Below are positions 12,122 through 24,957 of a stretch of DNA of 64,000 nt, in pieces (within the stretch, counting starts at the first letter, position 1; every line of letters starts with the position of its first letter). This DNA is from Saccostrea cucullata (Eukaryota). The stretch spans positions 372,001 through 436,000 of the forward strand of contig NW_026933724.1 of the NCBI RefSeq assembly GCF_032062105.1, read 5' to 3'. A model generated the notes under the pieces. The model saw nothing but the letters and a program-made list of their open reading frames with translations. It did not search any database and had not been told where the DNA came from. The translations under genes were made by a program, and so were the position numbers.

Positions 12122-13591
12122 ATGGCACAGAACCAGACAAAGAGAGGCAAAAACTCCAAGTCAAGTCCCAGTGACAAGGAGATTGCCAGCAAAGGAGAGG
12201 CTACAAAGAGTGAAAATGATCAGGATCCACACCCAACAGATTCCAGCAGGAAAGTCACAGAGAAGGGGAAAACTTCTGAGAATTCAACAAAGAAATCATT
12301 GGAACAATCTAGAACATCCCTAGATTTAACCAAGAAACATTCGGACCAGGCCAAAAATCAAGGAGAAACAGCCAAGGGCACAAAACCAAAAACAAGCTCA
12401 ACCAAAAAAGTTTTAAAAATAGAGAGGAATCATAGTGAAGCCAAAAAGATTCTGTGTCAAATGAACAGTCAGCTCACAGAACTTCTACTGGGCCGGCCTA
12501 GTTTAACAGAGAGTCCGACAGACTTAACGCGAAGGTCACTGAGTGCTATACAGACCTTGACCAAGGACATTGGGTCTGTTCTCGACACGTCAAGTAAGAA
12601 ATCGAGTTTTCTTGAGGACATAGGACATCTCTTGCAGGAAATTTCTCAAATCAAGCAAATGCTACATAAATGTGAGTCTAATTTAAGAAGTGAAAAAGAA
12701 CTAGTGAAGTTCCACACCAACAGAGCCAGAACATTTCAGAACGAAATTGAGAAACTGAAGGTGGAGAAAAAGCAAGTAGCTGACAAAAATAAGGAATTGG
12801 AAGATACAATAATGGAGTTGGAAAGTAAATTCATGCAAACAAGGTTAAGTCATCAAAATGCCATAAAAATACATACTGAAAAGCAGGCAGGTCTGCAGGA
12901 CAAGGTCAATAAATATGAATTCTCATTATCGTCATTGGAGGAAAAGAATTCAGAGCTTACCACGGACAATCAGAGTCTGAAAGACAAAATTCTGGAGTTA
13001 GAACAAAGAAATAAAGCCCTAGAAAAGAAGTGTCAGGGGTACCATAAAGACATCGAGAAAGTTAATCATAAAAACAAACACCTGGAAAACAAAAACAGGA
13101 AACTCCAGACCGAAGCCGATATGATGAACGTTCGAAACATAGAATTAAAAAATAAGAACAAATCAATTGTAAAAGAATCAAATCATTCTGAGGAGAAAAT
13201 CAAAGACTTGGAAGAAAAAGTCCATAATTTATCATCTGAACTAGAAACTTGTTACACTGAAAATGATGGGCTTAGGGATCAAATTCATCACCTAAAATTA
13301 AAGCTTTCTGAATATGAAGATGAGTCTGATGTGTTAATAGAGGATTACACTCAGGTATTGAAGGAGAGAGGTGAAATATACAGGAGGCGATTGTCTGGAT
13401 CGTTTACTCCATCAGCATTACACAAACTGCGGAGGGATGATAGTGAACACTCCCTGATCAGTTGTGCCAACAGTGGACTAAGTTCTACCCTAGAGAGTCA
13501 GGGTAGAGTCTCGGCCGCCGCTAGGCCACGCTCAGAACTCTCTGATGTCAGCTTCGCAAACAGTTCCCACTCAGATGAAGTGCCGAGGTGA
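12122..13591 (+). CDS. Array gene 2: coiled-coil protein with SCANS/SFANS motifs (489 aa)
   Basis: ORF with SQLTELLLGRP, a long coiled coil, LISCANSG and DVSFANSS. Candidate 5'UTR intron 11661-12090 (gtaagc...tacag). AATAAA near 13758. Confidence 0.87.
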   Translation: MAQNQTKRGKNSKSSPSDKEIASKGEATKSENDQDPHPTDSSRKVTEKGKTSENSTKKSLEQSRTSLDLTKKHSDQAKNQGETAKGTKPKTSSTKKVLKIERNHSEAKKILCQMNSQLTELLLGRPSLTESPTDLTRRSLSAIQTLTKDIGSVLDTSSKKSSFLEDIGHLLQEISQIKQMLHKCESNLRSEKELVKFHTNRARTFQNEIEKLKVEKKQVADKNKELEDTIMELESKFMQTRLSHQNAIKIHTEKQAGLQDKVNKYEFSLSSLEEKNSELTTDNQSLKDKILELEQRNKALEKKCQGYHKDIEKVNHKNKHLENKNRKLQTEADMMNVRNIELKNKNKSIVKESNHSEEKIKDLEEKVHNLSSELETCYTENDGLRDQIHHLKLKLSEYEDESDVLIEDYTQVLKERGEIYRRRLSGSFTPSALHKLRRDDSEHSLISCANSGLSSTLESQGRVSAAARPRSELSDVSFANSSHSDEVPR

Positions 13592-16221
13592 AATAGGAAG
13601 TGATGATAAGTAGACTTCTTAAGGACTGATATAAAATCAAGCAGACCATCAATGTATTGAATTTCAACAAGTTGTGACACCTGGATGTAATGATTTTGAT
13701 CTCGATTACAAAGTCTGTATTTACTTACTGCCACAAATACTCAAGTGTTAAAATTCAATAAAACTGTTGATAATAGATGTCCAAATATTGCTTGTCAAAT
13801 CTTTTTTCAAATAAATAATGCAATGTAAGATAATCACCCCTCTTAAAGTATTTCCGTGATGACGTATGTTTTACTTTACTTGTAAAGAAATCTAGAAGTT
13901 GCATCTATTTAAAGAATTACTTTATCATGGAGGTCAACAGATCAACAGCATAGGGGAAGCAAAATATGTGGTCCACTTATTGCCAAAGCTAGTTTCTATA
14001 TCATAATCTTGGCCTGAAAAGGCATATCAAATTCTTTTAAATGATCATACAATTGATATTATACTTGAAAAAAAAAAATTATTGGTTTCTGTACAAAACA
14101 AGAATTGCCAATGTATGTATAAGTACTGCAATCAGCAACGGACTGCAAGGTGGTGTACCTATGGCAACAGTAAACAACTGTAAAGAAATTTTATTTCAGG
14201 AATCGTCAAATTTTGTTTGCTTGAGCCCACAAACCCTCTTCACACAAGTGTGCACATTTTCTAAACATTCAATTTACTTTATCATAAACAACATGACCAT
14301 GTTAATACCTCTTAATTCAATGATGAAATATTCAATCAATCCACAATAAAAGGTGTATCATCTGTCTGTCAATTATTTTTATAATCATAAATGTTCAAAG
14401 TACACTTTTATATCTGTTCAATATCATTATCTCTGAGAGTGTTCAAAATAATTCATTACTTCATATATTTTCTTAAATTAAACCAGAAGTCTATGACAAG
14501 ACTGTAGCTCCACAGTTTGTACTGATAACAAAGGAAGAGAAAAGCAACACTTGGACTGCAACTGCAATAAATGGAATCATTATAATAATCCATATTTCAG
14601 TTTCTTTTTGTAGGAAGAGTAGACTTATGAAAAAATTTAAACACATTTCTATTTTTGTAACCATGGCAACTTCGTTTTTGTAACCATGGTAACTCCATTC
14701 ATCAAATTCTAAAACCGAAATAAACAATTATGAATCTTGGTGTTGTCTACTTGTGTGCAAATTTATATTGAAATAAGATCAAAACTGTTGGAGAAGTAGG
14801 ATTTTGAAAAAAAAATGACAGAAATTTTATTTTTAGTAACCATGGCAATATCATTCATTGAAATCAAAAAGCTGTAGAAACAAATATAAATTTTAGTGTT
14901 GTTAACTTGTGTGCCAAGTTATATTGAAATCAGACCCAAACTGTAGAAGTAACTTGGTAAATGTACTTCACAGAAATTTAATTTTTTAGTTGGCAACACC
15001 ATTCATTGAAATATATAAACCAATAAACAGAGTTATATAACTTGTGACCAAGTTATATTAAAATCAGAATAAATTTGTAGGATGGGGTAGCATTTTGAAA
15101 AATTTTTTACAAACATACAGGCAGATGGATGATAGACACTATACTATGAAATAAGATCTTCTGGTCTCGGACCAGTAGAGCTAAAAATTAATTCTACTTT
15201 TTAAAGAGAAAGATTGTAAAAAAAAAAAAAAGAACATTGTAAAAAAAGTGATCTTTGTTGGGATGGATATCTTTCCAGTGACTATAAAATTGTGAACAAC
15301 TTTTGATATCATGAATATCAAACATAAAATGGAGAGAGAGAGAGAGAGAAAAAGTCCCAACCACCTTTACTTATGTACTTGAACCAAAATTACTTGAATC
15401 AAGTCATTTGAGTCGTTTGGAAGTTTTTTTTTTTCTGTGTCCCAATAGGCTGGAGATAATGCGTTTTGACTGTAGATGGTGCTTTTTTTTTAACACATGG
15501 AGATTATTTACATCACAAAACCCATAAAATTTTCTGAAGTAAAAAATGAGATGATAAATGACACCCCATGCAGTGTGAAAACCGACAGAACATAACAAAT
15601 GACAAATCAATACCAAGAACCTGCATGTCTGCAAATAAAATAAAACAATATTTCTACCTTACACAGGACACCTCTATTTGCATCTCATTCACATATCTCC
15701 AAGTTAGGATATTTAAATGATATTTAAAAATACCTTGGCAAATTAATTTGACAAAAGAAGTAGTGATGAAACAAATCTTGTATTTATTCAGACGTAGGAC
15801 GAGAAAATTAGTGAGTTATCTATATCGTGTATGGATCAATTAAGCAAACAGAGTGTCAATCTGTCGATCCCCAATGTCAGCAAACAGTTTAATACTTAGA
15901 CCTTCTCTCATGCTGCCTAAAAAAAATAAGAAAACACTCCCATCATAAAATGTTGAATTTTTCATCAGTTTTACCTAAGGTTTACAAATACAGCAAGCCT
16001 AACCATTGATACAAAGCTACTGCCTCTTAGAATTAGCAGGTAACTTTTAAATAATTCAAACTTTAATTTTAATATATAGAATTGTACTTATGAATGTTAT
16101 CATTTTATAAGGTAGCGGAAATTATATATATATAACATTCAAATTTTTATGTTTGATTGCATGTAGTGAAAAATAAAAAGAAAAAAAATAAACAGACTTT
16201 AAAGTATTTTCTTGATCAGGA

Positions 16222-17205
16222 ATGGCAGGGCGTACAAACAGAACTGTGTTGAGGCTGCAGAGCTTCCCGATGGGGAGATCTAGACCAACTCCGCTACAAT
16301 CACGAAATCCTGTGTCTCCCAGAAAAACTAAAGGTGTGGCCACCAAACCACAGCCAGACAACCAAAAACTGGTAGTGGACCAGCTGTGTCAGTTCCTTCT
16401 GGGTTCAACTGCCATGAGTGATAATGCTTTCCTCAACTGTCAAAATACACTGAAAAAACTTGAACAGTTGCAAGCTGATATACTTAAAGAAGTACCGTGG
16501 GTAAAAGACCTGCCTGATCAGAATTATTTTGGAGGCATAATAGGACTTCTTTTGAAGGAATATCAGAAGCAAAAAAGTGATATTAAAAATTGGGTTGCCA
16601 ACTGTAGAGCAAATGAGAGGTTAATGGAATACAAAGGAAAACAAATCAAAGAACTCCAAAACAAGCATGAAATTCAGATACTGGCAAAAGATGAGGAAAT
16701 ACAAGGATTGGTTAAAGAGATAAGCCACCTGAAAGTGGAAAATAAAGGACTAACAGAGAACAATAACAAGCTACAGGAGCTAATTAGAAGGGAAGAAGAA
16801 GAGTGTAAGGAAAAATTGCAGAAATTTATATCTTCAGTGAATGTAAGTGAAATTGGGTCAAAGAACCAAAAAGAATCGAAACAAAGTAAAAGACCAAAAT
16901 CCACCTCCTCAGTTTCGGAGTGCCCATCCTCTCCTACAGGAAACTTTTCAAGAGAAACCTCAGGGAAATCTACCAGGAGTGATTCAGACACATGTGTTTC
17001 TTCTGTAAGTTTTGCCAACAGTGGGATTTCTACAGTACCTAACTTCAGGAATATAGAACAAGAGATCAGCGATATGTCAGAGTTAAGCTTTGCTAACAGT
17101 ACTCTTTCAGAACTTGGGAGATCTTGTTTACTATGTTCAAAAACATTCAACACTACACAAGTTTTTCTTTGTAACCAATGCATTGATAAATTCAAAATTA
17201 GTTGA
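16222..17205 (+). CDS. Array gene 3: coiled-coil protein with doubled SFANS and C-terminal CxxC-CxxC (327 aa)
   Basis: ORF with DQLCQFLLGS, coiled coil, SVSFANSG, ELSFANST and CLLC..CNQC. Candidate 5'UTR intron 16040-16219 ends 2 nt before ATG. Confidence 0.85.
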   Translation: MAGRTNRTVLRLQSFPMGRSRPTPLQSRNPVSPRKTKGVATKPQPDNQKLVVDQLCQFLLGSTAMSDNAFLNCQNTLKKLEQLQADILKEVPWVKDLPDQNYFGGIIGLLLKEYQKQKSDIKNWVANCRANERLMEYKGKQIKELQNKHEIQILAKDEEIQGLVKEISHLKVENKGLTENNNKLQELIRREEEECKEKLQKFISSVNVSEIGSKNQKESKQSKRPKSTSSVSECPSSPTGNFSRETSGKSTRSDSDTCVSSVSFANSGISTVPNFRNIEQEISDMSELSFANSTLSELGRSCLLCSKTFNTTQVFLCNQCIDKFKIS

Positions 17206-17842
17206 AAATTTTAGAATTCAATTTAAAAAAATTTAAGTAATTTTAAACAATGAACTTGTCATTGAATTTATAACGTTGCATGAATGTTTTAGATGAGAAA
17301 GTGTATAGTTAATGCCTCACCTTAATTATCGCTGACAAATAAGAAACTTACATAAATACATGTATACATTTTTAATTACTGACAAAAGAGATACTCCTTC
17401 AAAGGCATTTCACAATCTCCCTTTCTTTACAATAAAAGTTAGGTACACCTTTAGACAGGCTAAGACTATGGCCCAATTAAACAACAATGTAGATCAACAT
17501 GATTTCATTTCCAGCAATTATTTGTTACAAATGAAGTGCCTTAATTAAGAAAATGACTAGAAAATGAAATTTATTGCTTTGCAAGCCTAAAAATGACACA
17601 GTCTAATGCCAATGTTTGGAACAGAAAGTGTGCATGGTGAAAAATTATTCTCAACAATCACTTCATAACAGAGAATACCTACATTGGGTATGTATACTTT
17701 TTTTCATCAAAAACTAAAATAATTGATCTTTTTTTCCTTTTTAATTTTTTTTTTCATTTTATCAAAAAAAATCTTAGATATATTGTTACATAATAATAAA
17801 ATTTCTATTCCTTCAACCACCAGATTGGTTCATAACTAATAA

Positions 17843-18835
17843 ATGGAGGCTACAAAACATACAACCACTAACAAGATACAAAAGCCAAAAATCAAAAAGT
17901 CACCAAAAGGGAAAGCAAATAAAGTTAAAGGAGGAATGCCTCCTGGCAGAGAATCTACTGGACACAAACAGCTCCACAGGAGTAGAAACCAAGAAAATGG
18001 CAGCACTGAAGAATACGGTCCTATACACAAAACATTCAGCACCCAATTACATGACCTTCTGCTGGGAAAGTCAAATGATACTCTTCTAAACAAGATGGGG
18101 CATGCAATAGATCGTGGCAAAGAACTCGAGACCAGACTGAATCAGGAAATTCCAGGGGCAAAGAATGCAGAGAGTTTCTTTGACAAAGTTGATTTTACGA
18201 TTTCTGAGTTTATTTCAGTGAAAGGAAAAAGCAAATTAAAACTGACAAGAAAACTGAAAGAAATGCAAGAAGAAAAGCAGAAGCTGAAAGACAATTCCGA
18301 TGACTTAAGCCATTACATTGAAAATCTGAAAACCTGCACTGACCAGGAAAGCAAAAGTCATAGGAATGCCATCACATTTTACCTAGCAGAAAATAAAAAA
18401 CTAAAAGAAGAAATTGAAAATCTAAATACAAGGCAAATGTTGTTAGAAAGAGAGAAAAATGAACTACAAGAGGAATGTTCCACAAGTCTGAGCAGCCTTC
18501 ACAGGTTAGAAAATAAAACTATAAAACTGGCTACCAACAATAAGAAACTGAACCAGGAATTACAAGCAACAGCAACAGACAGAAAGAAACTTAAATCAAA
18601 GCACAGACAACTGGTGTTAGAAAACAAAGACTTGCATCATGAAAATGAGACGCTGAAAAAAAGGCTTGAGAACAATCCTTTAATTTGCGATTTAAATGCA
18701 GGTCAACATGATTGCAGAAAATGTATGTCTTCAGGGAATGAACAAGATTTTGTTAGAGACTGTGGAAGACTGTCATCTGCTAACACAGACTGTTCAGAAA
18801 TAAGTTTTGCCAACAGTTCATGTGCTGAAATTTAA
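17843..18835 (+). CDS. Array gene 4: coiled-coil protein with SFANS motif (330 aa)
   Basis: ORF with TQLHDLLLGKS, ESFFDKVDF, coiled coil and LSSANT..EISFANSS. Candidate 5'UTR intron 17688-17823. AATAAA near 18869. Confidence 0.85.
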   Translation: MEATKHTTTNKIQKPKIKKSPKGKANKVKGGMPPGRESTGHKQLHRSRNQENGSTEEYGPIHKTFSTQLHDLLLGKSNDTLLNKMGHAIDRGKELETRLNQEIPGAKNAESFFDKVDFTISEFISVKGKSKLKLTRKLKEMQEEKQKLKDNSDDLSHYIENLKTCTDQESKSHRNAITFYLAENKKLKEEIENLNTRQMLLEREKNELQEECSTSLSSLHRLENKTIKLATNNKKLNQELQATATDRKKLKSKHRQLVLENKDLHHENETLKKRLENNPLICDLNAGQHDCRKCMSSGNEQDFVRDCGRLSSANTDCSEISFANSSCAEI

Positions 18836-19307
18836 AGATAGAATTTTTGTTTTGATTTCTTTTTATCTAATAAAAAAAAAACCTTTTGAAAATTGATAGT
18901 CGAAGAGGGATAGTTTACGATATTTTTATCTTAAAAATTTTTTTTTCTCTGTTGACATTGAAAAAAAACTGTTGACAATCATTCCACATATTTATGGAGC
19001 ATTGCAATACACAGGTGGAAAACACCTGTTTTAAACGAGATAGCTATCTCAAAAGGCATCACTGATGAATAATTAATTAATGTGGGAACATTTTTTATCT
19101 ATTTAACACAGTTAAAGGTCTAGTGAACAGATATTGGAGTTGTGCATGAATTGAAACACCACATAAAGCAACCGGATTTACCACATTAACCACTAACACA
19201 GATTTATGGATAATGACAAAGAAATTTGTGAACGCAAAATGTGAATTCATGAATGGTCATTTTTTCTTTTAAGAATATTCAAGGACATTTTGTATAAAAA
19301 AAAAAAT

Positions 19308-20168
19308 ATGCCAGAACCACCAAAACGAAGCAATTCCAAGCTAGGCCCTGTCGATAAAAGGAAAAATCGCCAGCCTATTTTTATGAAAACAACTATTGCA
19401 AGACGAGCAAAGGAACAGCAGGTCAGTAAGTGTTCACAGGAGCAGGACAATCTGATAAGACAAATCCACCAACTTGTACAAGGTTCTCATTTCTCTGGTA
19501 CCGACTCTGTTGCTGCTGCAAAAGAAACCCTCAGCCAACTGGAACATTTTATCATTGAGACTCAAAAACTTGTACCTACTGCACAAAGTGTGACATGCCT
19601 TGCAGAGCTAGCAGATCCACTTTCTACAATGGTCAAGCAGCTACAATTGGACTTACAAGAAAAAGAATCAGGGTGTGAACAACAGAAAAGGATGTCCGAG
19701 TTTTACCAACGCAAATTACAGGATGCCGAAAACAACCTGCAAATGCAGATAATCGAGTTTGAGGAAAAAATAAAAAACCTAACAAAAAATAACCAGGATC
19801 TTCAGGCAAAACTACGAAATTCCGAGTGCCAACTTAAAGAAGTGAACAAACGTTTTGAAGAGGTCAAAATAATGTGGGAACAACATAGGCAGCTGGAGAG
19901 AGTGAAGACTTGGGTCATTTCATCTCCAAAAGATTTTTTGGGAAGTGAAGAATCTAAATTAGTTGATTCAAAACTAAAAAGACCTATTTCTGCTTTCTCT
20001 GGAAGAAAAAACAAAGAACAAACACTATGCCCGAACAAACCTTGCAGAGTTGACAGTGCCATATCAACAATAAGCTGTGCTAATAGTGGAACTACTCATG
20101 TACCAAGTATAAGAAGGAAAAACAGTGGGCAGACAGACATCAGTTTTGCAAACTGTAGTGAAACATAA
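19308..20168 (+). CDS. Array gene 5: coiled-coil protein with SCANS/SFANC motifs (286 aa)
   Basis: First ATG is at 19308 (the track starts at a TTG, 19290). Contains RQIHQLVQGS, coiled coil, TISCANSG and DISFANCS. Confidence 0.83.
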   Translation: MPEPPKRSNSKLGPVDKRKNRQPIFMKTTIARRAKEQQVSKCSQEQDNLIRQIHQLVQGSHFSGTDSVAAAKETLSQLEHFIIETQKLVPTAQSVTCLAELADPLSTMVKQLQLDLQEKESGCEQQKRMSEFYQRKLQDAENNLQMQIIEFEEKIKNLTKNNQDLQAKLRNSECQLKEVNKRFEEVKIMWEQHRQLERVKTWVISSPKDFLGSEESKLVDSKLKRPISAFSGRKNKEQTLCPNKPCRVDSAISTISCANSGTTHVPSIRRKNSGQTDISFANCSET

Positions 20169-21499
20169 AGTGATATCACAGTGTGTTGAAATATTCACAT
20201 CTTGTAGATAATTCCATAAATATAATCCACAGACTGTTCATTATTCATATATTAACAGACATATATTTTTGGATGCAAGAACAAGTTTCTTTATGACATA
20301 TGCAACATATAATTTTAATCCCCCCCAGCTAATTGTAATTAAAGATCAGCTATTGCCTATTGATGCTTCATATGGTAATATCTCTTCAAAATACAAATTT
20401 AAAAAAACAGCTAAAACCTTTATGTTTGATTTTGGAATTTTTTTCAAAGCAAAACAAGGATTTTTTTTTTTTTTTTTGTCTAAAAGCATTTAATTGTACA
20501 GTAAAATCCACCTGTGATGTCATTCTTTTGTTTGAGTACTCCATTACTTTCCAGGAAAGAAGTGTTGCAAATTACATTGAAAACAGAATTTGTTATGTTC
20601 TAAATTCTCCTTCCCGTGCCTCTCCCAAGGAAAGAACATAAAGAAAATTTTTGAGAAGAGTACATTAACCGTTACATAATTTCAAATTTATTATTTCTTG
20701 AAAATAGTAAACATGGTGTTTCTCTTGAGTGGAAAATATATATGTATATGTACATTATTTAAAAATGTTCAAAAATTATCTTTCATTTTTTATCAAATGT
20801 TGTATGGTATATTGTTAATAGATAAAAATATGTTAATACGTTGATTGTGAAACCATTTGGGCAAACACATATAAATCTACTGATTCACTTTTAGATCTGT
20901 GTCTTTAAAGTTATATGACTTTTTTTTAACAGATACATTGATAATTAAACTTCCTAAATAATCAGGTTTTTAATCTTACATTTCCAGACTGCTATATATG
21001 AGGGTTTAAATTTAAGGTGAAGAGCTGTCAGTTATTTAAGATCAGAGTAGGTATCAATAGATATCTATAGAATTATCTAGAATAATTAAGTCTCCAATAT
21101 CTATACAGGTCTTCAGGTAGGTACAAACATGCAGTACATGGATCTTTTTCAAGACAAGATCAAGTGCCAAATTTTCAACTAATCATATTAAAATCATTTT
21201 TTAATTATTAGATAATTTGATAACAGTTTAAAAAATCAGTATAAAAGAACTGACAAGATTTTGTTTTACAGGAATTTGGTTTACGTATAAATGGTTTTTT
21301 ATGAAAAGAAACTTTTTCTAAGCCATTTATAGTTACTGTAGTAGAAATTAAAGAATTTACCTTTGTCATCATGATAATTTCTAAACCTACAATAGTTGCA
21401 AAAGACTTAAATCTAATAAAAAAAATATAGTACTGCAAAGTTTATAATACAGTACTACATACATAGAGAAAAAACTTGCAAACCATATTTTTAAATTAA

Positions 21500-24400
21500 G
21501 GTACTCCGATCCTCAGGTTCTTAAAATCAAGCATTGACTAATTGAAAATGCTCACAAAAATTGTCTCTGAATTTTCAAAGTAACGCGTTTTTACCCATTA
21601 TAATTCTTCAGACTTCATCATTCAAGTTAATCATATTATATAGAAAAAATTAGTAAAACTCAAATATATTTTCAGGAATTGCAAATAAAAAACATCTGCT
21701 ATGCATTTTCCAATTTAAATTTGATCAATTAACACATTTTAAAAATGAAAATCATAGGTATCCAGTATGACACCCATTCTCAATATAAGGGCACAAATGC
21801 CTCTCTGATTTTTAAAAAAATGAAGTTCAAGAAAAAAATTTTTCTATCAATTACCTTTGAAAGAAGGTATATGAAGATTTTGTTTCCAGATTTTTTTTCA
21901 TCAAATTATAATACATTGAATAATGACAAGACGATAAAGCAGAGGGTGATTTTATTCAGAAATGTAGCTTGAAATGTACGTTACTCTTTCTTCAATGTCC
22001 AAAAAGATATGTAAAAAAAAATGTAGTCATTAAAATCACAATTGGAATAGCTCATCTTAACACCAGCACATCCTACCAACTCTGTCAGCAACATATTTTC
22101 TCGGCAAACGAACGTGCGTTTGATTTTTCCTTTCAAAAAACAAAGGTTACTTTTGGATCCAGATGTATAAAAACATTTTTTTAAAGATATGCTTTAAATT
22201 CTTCTCTCTGTTTTGTTTAGAGCGATCAGTTTGGAATCTTGTCATTTTTTATAGATACTGGAACCTAACATGTACATGTAGAAAAATTCTATTTTGTAGT
22301 TACTATCTTTTTTAACATATATCCATGCCGATTTAGAAAACTACGTAAATGTAACGTACATTTCAAGATATATTTCTGTTTAATAAAAAGCTTAAAATTC
22401 ATCTAAAAATTCATTGTTTTGATTCAGTTTATTAAAAAAAAGATTCTCTATGTAATCACATTGTGTTATATGTCGCAAACACCATTATGAAGATACGATT
22501 GCCTCAGAATATGAGTAGGTAACGTACATTTCAAGCTTGTAATATGTAAATTAGTAATAAGAAAATTTTGAAAAAAAAAGCAATTATTGACATAAAATTC
22601 ATTTCAATGAAGCGTTTTAAGGCAGTAATATAAGAAATCATAATGTAACAAACGAGGTTATTTGTCATTAACTACATGAATGTCACGTCACTTCGGTAAC
22701 GTTCATTTCACATATTATTGGAGAGTCCCCTCCACCTCAGTTCATTACCATTCTTTTGTGCTGTTTCGCTGAAATTGACACCGGTCGTAGCCTAGTTACT
22801 TCTACCTGTGTGCAAGGGTACAGACAAAAAAATATAAGAGTCAGACGTATTTTGCTATGATCTAACATATGCTCGTGTTTGGCCATGGAAACTGAACATA
22901 AATCTATTCCGAATATATCCATTGACAGTATGTTAACAATTTCATTCAATATGTTGCAACATCGTTTTTCAAAACACAAACATACGTGCTTTTCAGCAGA
23001 TCTGGAAAAATATAACCCAAAATGCAATGATTCAAACAAAACTGAGTATTGTGTGCCTTTCAGTATTTGAAAGGTACGTGACCGTCTTGTGTTCTGGGTT
23101 TAGGCCTATTTGTTTCTTTTTTTCAATTTTTTGTTTCTTTTTTTACCAATTATAAGCCTATGCATACCTTGTTTAAATTATCAACAACAATTAAATTATA
23201 ATATTGACGAAAAGTCGCATATTAAAAGTAAACAAACTGCAATAAGGTTGCCAAAGATGAATTTAAGACACTTAGAAATAAATTTTCTAGCATGTGGTAA
23301 CAGTCTAAAATATTTACGAGGATTGGGGGTGCATTTAGATGGATTTATGTGGCCAGTTGTCAAATGGATTGTAACGATAATTTTGTTTCGCTCGTGTAAA
23401 CGCAATTCATTGACTAAATTTAAAAAAAATGTCAGTTAGAAATACGTGAAATGTACGTTACCATACGTAACGTACATTTCAAATATAAAAATCAATTCTC
23501 TTCCACAAGCATACGTTAGACACGCAATATATTGATACTATTTGAACTTGCATATCATAAGAAATGCATCATACAGGTTTCGTATTCAGAAATATATATA
23601 CCAGGTATCAAAATTATTTTACATATAATTGACCTTAATATATTTTTTTTCCTCAGCAGAAACGTTTCTTTTCATTAATTTTGGGATTTAGCCGACCTCC
23701 AACCTTTGAAACTTTCCTTTGTGTACACATTCGACTGTGTGAAAGTATGAGAATACATGAAAATTCGTGCGAGATTCACTTAATTTGAATTTCATGGTAA
23801 CGTACATTTCAGTAACGTACATTTCAAATGATAACTTTTCATGTAAAAAATAATTTTTAATTGTGTTAATCAAATCGTCTTTGCCAGTTTACAGGGTACA
23901 AAGGGTTGCTTATTCAGAGTCGTCTCATATTTTCTTCTTAATATATATTCTTAATGGAAAAATATAGGTAACGTACATTTCTTTCTTATCTCTACGATTG
24001 AAAATGTCTTTCATTCCGTAAACATATTTAAAAAAGTTGCTCAAATTGTTCAATTTCATGTTACATTATCTAAGTAGGAGTAATTAATCTATTGAAATCT
24101 CAAATTTAGCCCATCAATTAGTAAAGGAGAACAAAACTATCAGGTGTATAATCTTTGTGTTTGCTTTTAATGTGGTTGAAATAAAATTAAGCGACAGGGA
24201 CATTGCACAATAAAAATTATTTATTATCACAAAGAAAATGTATTTATTGTTATGAAAAGAAATATATATGATACAAGGTTTAACTTATCAGAAAATTTTT
24301 ACTTAAGAATCAAAACTATATATTACACAGAGGGGATTCAGAATAATATTTGCCTCGGCGACAGTAACGTACATTTCAAATAGGCTACTATATTTGAATT

Positions 24401-24957
24401 TGGAACTCCTTAAATACCCTTTCAGATCGATAATTATATGAATTCTTATTCATTGTTATATGACTATTTATAATGTTGATTTAAAAATTACATCAGTGGT
24501 ATTTCTTTTAAATGAAAATGAGGCGACATTATTTGAGCCCTTATATTGAGAATGGGTGATGAAGAAATTCCACAATTTTTATCCATATAATGTACATTAA
24601 TTTCTTTTATTTACTTCGATCATTTTACAATGCAAAGTATAAAGATTCTCCTGTCATTGCAAAGCTCCATAAATCACTTCTAATTTCATATCATGTTTAT
24701 AAACATTGGTATTTATGGTTAGATTAAAATGAACATCAATTTCTTCACATATGTATTTCTAAAATGCTTTTACAGGGTAAAAATTTCAACTTTTAATTAG
24801 ACCTTTCTGAGAACTTCAAAGAACCTTGAAGCACATTAAGAGGCATATAATGAAAATTATTGCATGAAAAGATATAATTTTCAAGCTTCATTTTGAGACT
24901 TTTTGAATTAAATTATAAAATAAAGAGTTGTCCTTCCTGGCTGAGGATCGGAGTCCC
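21500..24957. mobile_element. TTAA-flanked non-autonomous DNA transposon (Kolobok-like), host of a nested element
   Basis: TTAA-ggtactccgatcctcag ... ctgaggatcggagtccc-TTAA. Homologous to 29818-30485. Confidence 0.8.
21771..24558. mobile_element. CAC..GTG element with 4-bp TSD (CMC/Chapaev-like), non-autonomous
   Basis: 22-bp perfect TIR cacccattctcaatataagggc with ATGA duplicated on both sides. About 10 internal copies of gtaacgtacatttc in both orientations. Confidence 0.78.

Noticed and set aside
13540-13570. SFANS as a PP1-docking RVxF motif
   Set aside because: The required basic residue before V/I-x-F is missing; the position is acidic or Ser in the copies seen.
16674-17195. Minus-strand ORFs opposite array genes (also 5805, 19802, 41940, 49281)
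   Set aside because: Antisense shadows of coiled-coil coding sequence.
11470-19030. Recurring acacct/aggtgt motif upstream of several array genes
   Set aside because: Too short, and common elsewhere in the window. Enrichment cannot be judged without a count.
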